Shown here: piece by piece, positions 34,099 through 40,883 of the stretch
How positions within the stretch are numbered: position 1 is the first letter of the stretch
Layout of the letters: every line of letters begins with the position of its first letter
DNA from: an uncultured Thermoplasmata archaeon
GTDB lineage: Archaea > Thermoplasmatota > Thermoplasmata > Lutacidiplasmatales > UBA184
DNA length: 64,000 nucleotides
Direction of reading: 5' to 3'
NCBI GenBank assembly: GCA_963809035.1
Contig: CAWEHV010000002.1
Span: 1,312,113-1,376,112, forward strand
Position numbers and translations under genes: made by a program
Notes under the pieces: generated by a model
What the model was told of the DNA's origin: nothing
What the model saw: only the letters and a program-made list of their open reading frames with translations
The model's database searches: none

Positions 34099-34287
34099 TT
34101 CAACCACAGGGACCGGCGCACCTACGCCGGTCCCCCGACCTACAGAAGGCACCCGCTTGTCGGGAGAACGCGCCAGCCGCTTGCGGAGCGACCCGGGCGA
34201 CGGCCCGCGACCGGGTTCGTGGGCTAGGGTCGGCTGGGTTCGCCTACACGCAGCCTGGATCTGAGCGGCGGTTGGCCCCTCACTGAG

Positions 34288-34608
34288 TCAGTGCTGGCCG
34301 GACCTCTTCTGAATGGCGCGAACATTCAGTTCGTTGTACTTTAGGATCGGTATCGTCCGGTGAAGCTCGAAGGTGAAGTAGGGAGACCACATGGCGAGAG
34401 CCTCGGCAATCTGTTCATCGGGGAGGTCCGCCGTCATGAAGCAACCTGCGTTGCCCTGAACGAACGCATACACGTCCTTGACGATCCCTGCCTTGGTCTG
34501 GGCTGTGATGAGGGCTTCAAACGCCTTCGCCTGGGCAAGCTGCTCTGCCGGATTCGCGGGGGGCTGGATGCTCATGTTCTGCTTCCAAAGTCCGAAGTAG
34601 GTCGGCAT
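34288..34608 (-). CDS. Small hypothetical protein (possibly DUF3303-like)
   Basis: 106-aa ORF, MPTYFGLW...WSPYFTFELH. Confidence 0.6.
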   Translation of the reverse strand: MPTYFGLWKQNMSIQPPANPAEQLAQAKAFEALITAQTKAGIVKDVYAFVQGNAGCFMTADLPDEQIAEALAMWSPYFTFELHRTIPILKYNELNVRAIQKRSGQH

Positions 34609-34912
34609 GAACCCCCCGACAAGTTCCCCCTTACTAACCCTCCCGATGACCTCAAACCCGTTCCGACTGGGTGAGGCGTTTCATCGGATCCCCGGGGACT
34701 GTTGCGATAGGCAAGTCTCCGGGTGGTTCGGACCGATTGTTGTAGATAAACCGGGAGTGCCATGATACAGCCTACTTCATCGGTCGGACAGCGGGGATCT
34801 GCGGGGCACGGGCCCAACGAGGTGCCGCGGGAGATCCTCGACGCCGCGGAGACTCGAATACCCACCGCTTTCTGAAAAACATGCAACGGGTTCCCTTTGC
34901 AAGGATGGGGGA

Positions 34913-34938
34913 ATAGTTGCAACCGGACATGCACCTAC
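34913..34938 (+). repeat. dif-like dispersed site 10
   Basis: ATAGTTGCAA-CCGGAC-ATGCACCTAC. Confidence 0.75.
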
Positions 34939-35082
34939 CAGCCCCCCCTAGAGCTCTCGCCGAGAACCTGGCCGGCCCGAGGGTTCATACATTCAAGCCC
35001 CCCCGTCGGCCTCGCTAACGGTGCCGTCGCCAGTGTTCAGACCCGAAGGAAGTCTCAAATCGATTGGATACTATTGGAGCCC

Positions 35083-35307
35083 GTGTCCGTACACCTGAGC
35101 CGGGCCACCACAATCACCGTCACCGAGCGGACACGACGGCTCCTTGAGTCAGTGAAGGGTGAGGGCGAGAGCTTCGACCAGACGATTCAGACCCTCCTCG
35201 AGGAGACGTTCTTCGACGACGAGTTCTACCACGAGATCGAGCGACGCTGGCAGTCAGAGAAGCGCGTTCCCGGCCGTACCGTGTTGATACGTGCAGGGTT
35301 GGCTTGA
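35083..35307 (+). CDS. Type II antitoxin (RHH-like)
   Basis: ATTITVTERTRRLLESVKGEGESFDQTIQTLLEE; start uncertain. Confidence 0.7.
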   Translation: MSVHLSRATTITVTERTRRLLESVKGEGESFDQTIQTLLEETFFDDEFYHEIERRWQSEKRVPGRTVLIRAGLA

Positions 35308-35426
35308 AAACCTACCAATACGAGTTCCTTGAATCTGCTGAGGGCGAGAAGCGATTGCAGCTTGTTGGCGGTTGGCCCCCTTCGCACGGATCTGTGGCCA
35401 CCGGAGTGTCAGAGAATTCGTACTGA
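35304..35426 (+). pseudogene. Truncated RelE-like toxin stub
   Basis: TTG start overlaps the antitoxin TGA; MKTYQYEFLESAE resembles a RelE N-terminus, then similarity is lost. Confidence 0.45.
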
Positions 35427-35465
35427 ACGTAACCCCGCATCGTTTGCCAGACGGGGCGGTTGAAC

Positions 35466-35867
35466 ATGCCGAAGAGAACACCACTTCGCTACAAGGCCAA
35501 ACGACCCTATGCTAAGGTGGTCGGGGTCATCCTGATCGTCCTTCTTGTTCTCTTAATGCTCCCTCTCCCATTGCCTTTCAGTCGGACGATCGTGACCAAC
35601 GGCCTCAGTCCCGCCCGAAGCCAAATCAGCTCCATCGACTGTCTCTGGCTTTCCGGAACATGGTCGACCGAAGGCGTAGGAACGGTGACCCTGGAGATCG
35701 TCAGCGCCGATGGAACGATCGCCTACAACGACAGTCTTGGGTTCGGAACCTTCTCTTTCTACGCTCCCGATGCGCCGTACACCGCCATAATTTTCTCGAT
35801 GTACCCCGTAACGGTCCAAATCAGCGGGACTGCTTGGGGCCCGCCGATCCCGGTGGGCCTACCCTAA
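35466..35867 (+). CDS. Hypothetical membrane-anchored protein
   Basis: N-terminal TM followed by a beta-rich domain. Confidence 0.65.
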   Translation: MPKRTPLRYKAKRPYAKVVGVILIVLLVLLMLPLPLPFSRTIVTNGLSPARSQISSIDCLWLSGTWSTEGVGTVTLEIVSADGTIAYNDSLGFGTFSFYAPDAPYTAIIFSMYPVTVQISGTAWGPPIPVGLP

Positions 35868-35996
35868 GGTCAGCGTACGCGCTGCAGATGGATCGGTCCG
35901 AGCCTCCCAACCGAGGGCTGGCTACTGGCGCGTTTAGTGTGGCCCGCGCCGAAAGGGGGCTCGACGCATGACCCTGGATTGATCCGGGGACGATCT

Positions 35997-36022
35997 CTCG
36001 GTGCAACCGACCTCACACCCAC
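35997..36022 (+). repeat. dif-like dispersed site 11
   Basis: CTCGGTGCAA-CCGACC-TCACACCCAC. Confidence 0.7.
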
Positions 36023-36056
36023 TGTTCATCCTTCGCCCAGCCGGAAAGGCTTATTT

Positions 36057-36072
36057 TGCATGCTTGCATGCA
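36057..36072 (+). promoter_or_regulatory. Putative TA autoregulatory operator
   Basis: TGCATGCTTGCATGCA palindrome just upstream of the antitoxin ATG; a counterpart lies at 37991-38005. Confidence 0.55.
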
Positions 36073-36077
36073 GAGAG

Positions 36078-36293
36078 ATGATGGGCGGCGCGAGCACCTC
36101 GGTGAGGGTCTCTCACGAGACCTTGCGCGAGCTCGAGCGGCTACGCCGGGCGTTCCAGGTTCAAACGGCAGAAGAGACCATACGCGAGCTCATTCGAGAG
36201 CGGAAGTTCCGATCCCTTGCCCGCCTATTCGGGAGCGGAAAGGGAGTCGTCGCACCATTCACGGAGGACGACCGCCTTGATTCTCACTATTGA
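36078..36293 (+). CDS. vapB: VapB-type antitoxin
   Basis: STSVRVSHETLRELER...EETIRELI...DRLDSHY; overlaps the PIN gene. Confidence 0.8.
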   Translation: MMGGASTSVRVSHETLRELERLRRAFQVQTAEETIRELIRERKFRSLARLFGSGKGVVAPFTEDDRLDSHY

Positions 36294-36684
36294 TACATTC
36301 GCCTGGGTCGAGATGATACGAGGAAGCCGCCTGGGGAGTCGAGCTCGGGAAGCGATGGAGGGCACGGAGCGCTGCCTAACGCCCTCCGTCGTGGTGGCCG
36401 AAGTCGCCTCCAAGTGCGTCAGGGATGCTCTTCCCGATTCGCTCATCAGGCGAGAACTCCAGGCCATCCGCGAATCTTCGGAGGTGGTACCCATCGACGA
36501 TTTCATTGCGACCGCAGGTGCCCACGCTTTCGATGAGCTTAGACAAATCGCGCAGGAACAAAGCCTTCAACGACCCGGGCTGGCGGACGGTCTCGTTCTG
36601 GCCACGGCTCGAAGGTCAGGCGCCAGATTGCTCACCGGAGACCCGCACTTCCGTTCCTTCCCTGAGACCATCTGGTTGGCTTAA
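36277..36684 (+). CDS. vapC: VapC PIN-domain toxin
   Basis: IDTFAWVE, VVAEV, LADGLVLATA, LLTGDPHF. Confidence 0.9.
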   Translation: MILTIDTFAWVEMIRGSRLGSRAREAMEGTERCLTPSVVVAEVASKCVRDALPDSLIRRELQAIRESSEVVPIDDFIATAGAHAFDELRQIAQEQSLQRPGLADGLVLATARRSGARLLTGDPHFRSFPETIWLA

Positions 36685-36846
36685 CCGGGGAAGAAGAGAG
36701 GCGCCGAGCTTGCTTCTTGCCCGACATCGGGCGGAAGTCACAGAAGTGCCCCCAATGCCACGATTTCTGCCCTTCGGGGCTTGGAAAACATGTTAACGCC
36801 CTTTCGTTAATTAACCACCAGATTCCATGAATGTTAGCGACGCTCC

Positions 36847-37074
36847 CTCTCACCGAAGATCTGGTACGGGATGCCCGCCTTTGCCAAGGACGACCAGGTC
36901 GTCTGTTTCTTCCAGCCCGCTCAGAATTTCAAAACACGATACGCGACGCTCGGCTTCAGCGACGAGGCGAACTTGGACGACGGCTACGTGTGGCCGACCG
37001 CCTTCGCATTGATGGAACTGACTCCCACAGATGAGGCAAGGATCGCCACCTTCGTGAAGAGGGCGGTGAGCTGA
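36847..37074 (+). pseudogene. DUF1801 (YdhG-like) protein, 5'-truncated
   Basis: [46 protein letters not shown]. Confidence 0.65.
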
Positions 37075-37380
37075 GAATTGAGTCCGAATCTGGGCGCCTT
37101 GAAAGCGACGGGTCCGCTCAGGGGCGGGCAGAATCCTTGTTGGGCCCAACGTTCCGAGGGGCCTCCAAGACCATGGATGGGTGAAGGGTACCGCTTCTCG
37201 ATTAGGCCCTGGCTCGAGAGTGTGTGCCTCACCTGAGTCCCATTCTGTCTCAGGGGTCGGCGGAACCCATATAACAGATCATTGTGGATTGCACCAGTCG
37301 GCCCTTAGCACCTGATTTCGGACAGTGCTAATGAATCACCATTGAACCGAATGGACCCGCGGCACGAACAATAGATCCTG

Positions 37381-37791
37381 TCATGCCCCGATCCACTCTA
37401 CATTCGGTAGAGCCTCGAAGTGCGCATCTGCAGTCAACACCTTGCCGTCGAGCGCCCGAGCAAAGGACAGAATAACGACATCAGCGAAGCTAGGTTGGTT
37501 CAACTTGCGCCGGCGGGCGTGGGCCCGGAGGTCGGAGTCGGCCTTCGGAGCATGAATGGCCACCTCGATAGTAACCGGGGCGACTTCACTAAGCGCCGTG
37601 ATCGCTCGAAGGTGGCCTTGGACGAGGGTTTCTGACTGCCCATCACGACCGAACTTTCGGGCAACCTCCGCAAGGACCAAGTCCGGAGTGATCAGGTGGT
37701 CCACCGACTCCAGACGTCGGCGAACCTCGGGCCCTTTTCGACCGCCAGTGAGGAACTCGATCCAGGCGTAAGAGTCAATGATCAGTATCAA
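37381..37791 (-). CDS. vapC: VapC PIN-domain toxin
   Basis: IIDSYAWIEF, VLAEV, SFADVVIL, VLTADAHF. Confidence 0.9.
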   Translation of the reverse strand: MILIIDSYAWIEFLTGGRKGPEVRRRLESVDHLITPDLVLAEVARKFGRDGQSETLVQGHLRAITALSEVAPVTIEVAIHAPKADSDLRAHARRRKLNQPSFADVVILSFARALDGKVLTADAHFEALPNVEWIGA

Positions 37792-37984
37792 GGCGATCCG
37801 ACTCCCGGAATGGGCTAGACAATCGAGCGCTACCGTACAGGCGCGAAATGAGCTCGCGACGGCGGAGAATCATCAACGACTTGATGGTCTCATCAGCGGT
37901 CTTGGCGTGCAGCGCCTTGCGGAACCGCTCGAGTTCTGACAACGTGCTTCTAGAAACTCGGATGGAGGTTACCGCGGTCGCCAT
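37775..37984 (-). CDS. vapB: VapB-type antitoxin
   Basis: VTSIRVSRSTLSELER...DETIKSL...DRLDTDH; paralog of 36078-36293. Confidence 0.8.
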   Translation of the reverse strand: MATAVTSIRVSRSTLSELERFRKALHAKTADETIKSLMILRRRELISRLYGSARLSSPFRESDRLDTDH

Positions 37985-37990
37985 GAATCC

Positions 37991-38005
37991 TGCATGCGGC
38001 ATGCA
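37991..38005 (-). promoter_or_regulatory. Putative TA autoregulatory operator
   Basis: TGCATGCGGCATGCA between an AT-rich box and the ATG. Confidence 0.55.
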
Positions 38006-38066
38006 GTATATGAAATCTCTTCTGCCGACGGCAGATGGTCCGACGAGTTGAGCGGCACGTTTCGAA

Positions 38067-38092
38067 CTGGGTGCATTGCGTCATGCAACCAC
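38067..38092 (-). repeat. dif-like dispersed site 12
   Basis: CTGGGTGCAT-TGCGTC-ATGCAACCAC. Confidence 0.75.
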
Positions 38093-38368
38093 CGTGTGCG
38101 CTTAGACCGTCCGGGAATGAGGCGCCCAGGCGATCACCTTGAAGAGACGTGGTCACGAGAGATGAGCGTAGACGGCCGCACGCGGTGCCCTCGCGCACTT
38201 TGCGAACTCCCGGTCCTCCCGGAGGATGATGTGTCGCTCTTCGTAGTCGACCTCGCTCTTACGCGTAATGAAACTTGGTTGTGAAGTCTAAGCCCCCCCG
38301 ACCCCGAATCGAGCTGGGGTATCGGGGTTACCAGTTACGGTAGGTCGCTTTGCTATCCTCGATGACAT

Positions 38369-38740
38369 TCAGATGGTGGTCACGCCTTCCACACTTGCCA
38401 AGTCCCGGTCGCTCGTGTATAATGTTGCGCGGAACCGACGGGCCGTCGCGTAGACAAGCGCATCGGCGAAGTGTAGTCCCAACGAGAGGCTGTAGTCGCC
38501 AGCTTCCAAGGCAAGCTCCTGGTCCACTGGGATAACGTGTGTCTGATCGAGCGCCGCGACTGCTTCCAGGGCTGCCAGCTCCCCCTTCAATCGCTTGATC
38601 TTCTTGTACACCTCGTAGAGCACCACCACGGATGTGACAATCTCCGCCGGGAGTTCCGCGTCGATAACCCGGTTGTAAGCTGACGCTTTGGGCCCCCCGG
38701 TGAGTCGCTCAATCCAACCAGAGCTGTCCACGGAGATCAT
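38369..38740 (-). CDS. vapC: VapC PIN-domain toxin
   Basis: MISVDSSGWIE, VLYEV, HFADALVYATA, LYTSDRD. Confidence 0.9.
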   Translation of the reverse strand: MISVDSSGWIERLTGGPKASAYNRVIDAELPAEIVTSVVVLYEVYKKIKRLKGELAALEAVAALDQTHVIPVDQELALEAGDYSLSLGLHFADALVYATARRFRATLYTSDRDLASVEGVTTI

Positions 38741-38751
38741 TCCGAGGATCC

Positions 38752-38961
38752 TCAGGACCGGTCCTCTTCGTCTCGCAAGCCCCGGGTCGTCAATCCCGGG
38801 ACCATCCCCTTTGTCTTCGATAATGGGCGAACGGGGACGAAGTACAGAATCCCATGCTTCATGAGGGCGGCCATTTTGTCCCCCGGGTGGATTCGTCCGC
38901 CACGACGCAATTTCTCTGGGATCACGACCTGATACTTCGGGGATACCGTGACGGTCTCCAT
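38752..38961 (-). CDS. AbrB/MazE-type antitoxin
   Basis: VTVSPKYQVVIPEKLR....I.PGD. Confidence 0.9.
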   Translation of the reverse strand: METVTVSPKYQVVIPEKLRRGGRIHPGDKMAALMKHGILYFVPVRPLSKTKGMVPGLTTRGLRDEEDRS

Positions 38962-39130
38962 CGATGCCTCTAGTGTTCAACAGGAAGATGGTCGATATAA
39001 AAGTACCGGAGTCGATGGAAGTTGGGTCGATGCCAGCGCGACGTTTGGGCGCTCCTCGACCCGATACACGAGGAACCCCCCCCCCAGCAGGTCCGACCGG
39101 GAAGAAACACCCCCGTTCGCAACCGAGCCG

Positions 39131-39820
39131 ATGCCTTCTTACTGGGGCGCCCATCGGTGGGACACCCCCGTGGCAGCTCCCACCAGCTCGATAGCGAAAC
39201 CAAGCGACACGCTCCCCCGGCCCCGCCCGCGGATCGAATCACTCTCCGACATGGTGTTCGGCCTCGCCCTTTCGGTGGGTGCCCTGGCCCTCGTCGCCAC
39301 TCCCCCGACCTCCTCCGAGCAGCTGTACTCGGACATTGTGACGTTCGGGTTCAGCTTCCTGATCCTGATCATGGTCTGGTTTTCCTACACACGGATCATG
39401 TCCGAGATGACCTTCGAGGACCACCGGACGCTGACGTTGAACACCGTCCTCCTGTTCACGGTCTCGGTCGAGCCGTTCCTCTTCAACCTCCTCCATTCGG
39501 CCAACCACCTCAACGGGTTCTTCAACGCGGCCAGCCAAGCCTATGCCGTGGACCTCGGCCTCATGATGGTCATCTTGGGGTTGTTCGCGTGGGGGCTATC
39601 GGTATCGACGCAACCCCCGCTCGCCCTGTCGGTCCGGACGGGTTTCCGAGCCGAAGCCATCAATCGGTGGGTGGCCGCCGGTATCTTTTTCGTGACGGTC
39701 GCTCCTGTGTTCGATCAGGTTTCGGTCGGCCCCGAGCCCCTCCGGATCTGGCTGTGGCTCATCCCGCTCTTCTTCTTCGCTTTCGCCCGCCGTACCCGTC
39801 GGAAGGCTGAAGGTCCCTGA
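39131..39820 (+). CDS. TMEM175-family (DUF1211) K+ channel-like membrane protein
   Basis: RIESLSDMVFGLALS (RxxxFSD-like motif) and about six TM helices; start uncertain. Confidence 0.75.
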   Translation: MPSYWGAHRWDTPVAAPTSSIAKPSDTLPRPRPRIESLSDMVFGLALSVGALALVATPPTSSEQLYSDIVTFGFSFLILIMVWFSYTRIMSEMTFEDHRTLTLNTVLLFTVSVEPFLFNLLHSANHLNGFFNAASQAYAVDLGLMMVILGLFAWGLSVSTQPPLALSVRTGFRAEAINRWVAAGIFFVTVAPVFDQVSVGPEPLRIWLWLIPLFFFAFARRTRRKAEGP

Positions 39821-39844
39821 AGGGTGACCTAGGGCGAAGCTACC

Positions 39845-40195
39845 ATGCCGACGGAACGTGAGGATGAGCGAGCGGGCCTCTTAGTGATCGAGAAGGCGGC
39901 CCATCAGGCCGTCCTGGTCGCGGGCCCCCAGTTACACATCGAAAGAAAGTGGGGACACGACTGGTACGTCGGAACGGACAACGTCTGCGGAGTGTTCGCG
40001 TTCCAGGGGCACGTCTCGGTCGAATTCTGGCGTGGATCGACCCTCCCGGACCCCACCCACCTCCTCGAAGGCCTCGGCCAGCACCTTCGTCATGTCAAGC
40101 TCCGGTCCCCGGGCGAGGTGCAGACTCCGGCGTTCCGCGCACTCTTGCTCGCGGCCGTCAAACTCGACCACGACTCCCCCAAACGAACCCGCTAG
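39845..40195 (+). CDS. DUF1801-domain protein
   Basis: KWG..WY, HVSVEFWRGSTLPDP..LLEG.G..LRHVKL. Confidence 0.75.
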   Translation: MPTEREDERAGLLVIEKAAHQAVLVAGPQLHIERKWGHDWYVGTDNVCGVFAFQGHVSVEFWRGSTLPDPTHLLEGLGQHLRHVKLRSPGEVQTPAFRALLLAAVKLDHDSPKRTR

Positions 40196-40674
40196 GGCGC
40201 CCGCCGGCGCCGGACCCCCCGCCCCGTTTCCCGCGGTTCCCAGAGCTCGAACCGGTTCCCTTCTGGATCGCACGCCCATGCGAACCGGCCATTGTCGGCG
40301 GTCTCCTGGTGGGGGTCGATGGGGACCCGGGCCCGACGGAGCCGGGCGAGGATCCCATCTAAGTTCTCGACCCGGTAATTGATCATCGCGGCCTGCCGCC
40401 GATCCCCGAAGTAGTCGGTGTCCTGCGGAAAGAGCCCCCAGGTGGTGCTGCCGGCTACTCGCCCGCGGGGGTTCTCGTTCCCAAAGAACGTGACGCCGCC
40501 GAACTCCTCGAGCCGGATTCCCAAATATCGTTCGTACCAAAGGAGCAGCCGCCGCTGGTTCCGGGCCCGAAGGAACACCCCTCCGATCCCGGTGACACGA
40601 AACGCGCCTTGGGTTCCTTTCGGCTCGTTCCGCTCCCTCCCCGCGATTCGTCCTTTCCCAGCTCCCTTCGGCAT
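40192..40674 (-). CDS. VOC/glyoxalase family protein
   Basis: RVTGIGGVF.RA, MINYRVENLD, GRFAW..DPEGNRFELWEP. Confidence 0.85.
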   Translation of the reverse strand: MPKGAGKGRIAGRERNEPKGTQGAFRVTGIGGVFLRARNQRRLLLWYERYLGIRLEEFGGVTFFGNENPRGRVAGSTTWGLFPQDTDYFGDRRQAAMINYRVENLDGILARLRRARVPIDPHQETADNGRFAWACDPEGNRFELWEPRETGRGVRRRRAP

Positions 40675-40883
40675 AGCCTTGGGGCGGGGCATCCCACGCC
40701 GCGGCGATAGGCCTGACGGGTTCGGTGTGAGGGGCACAGGCGAGCCATTGGGGGGCTGGGGGTGGGCCGGGAAGTCGGCCCTTGAGGCTTCGGATCCCGA
40801 GACGCCCGGGATTCCCAGATTCAAGGCTCCTCTACCTCCGCCCAAACGGTCTTAAAAGGGGAGGGCGCCGTGTTTAGTCGATT

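Noticed and set aside
34109..34134. GCGCACCTAC arm-like sequence
   Set aside because: No partner arm; it lies in a GGGACCGGCG...CGCCGGTCCC hairpin between convergent genes, more likely a terminator-like structure.
5409..38092. Classical integron (attC array)
   Set aside because: No intI-like gene seen; genes lie in both orientations; the sites are 26-bp palindromes, not long RYYYAAC...GTTRRRY hairpins directly after stop codons.
5409..38092. CRISPR repeats
   Set aside because: Copies are degenerate, mostly kilobases apart, have variable centres and there are no cas genes.
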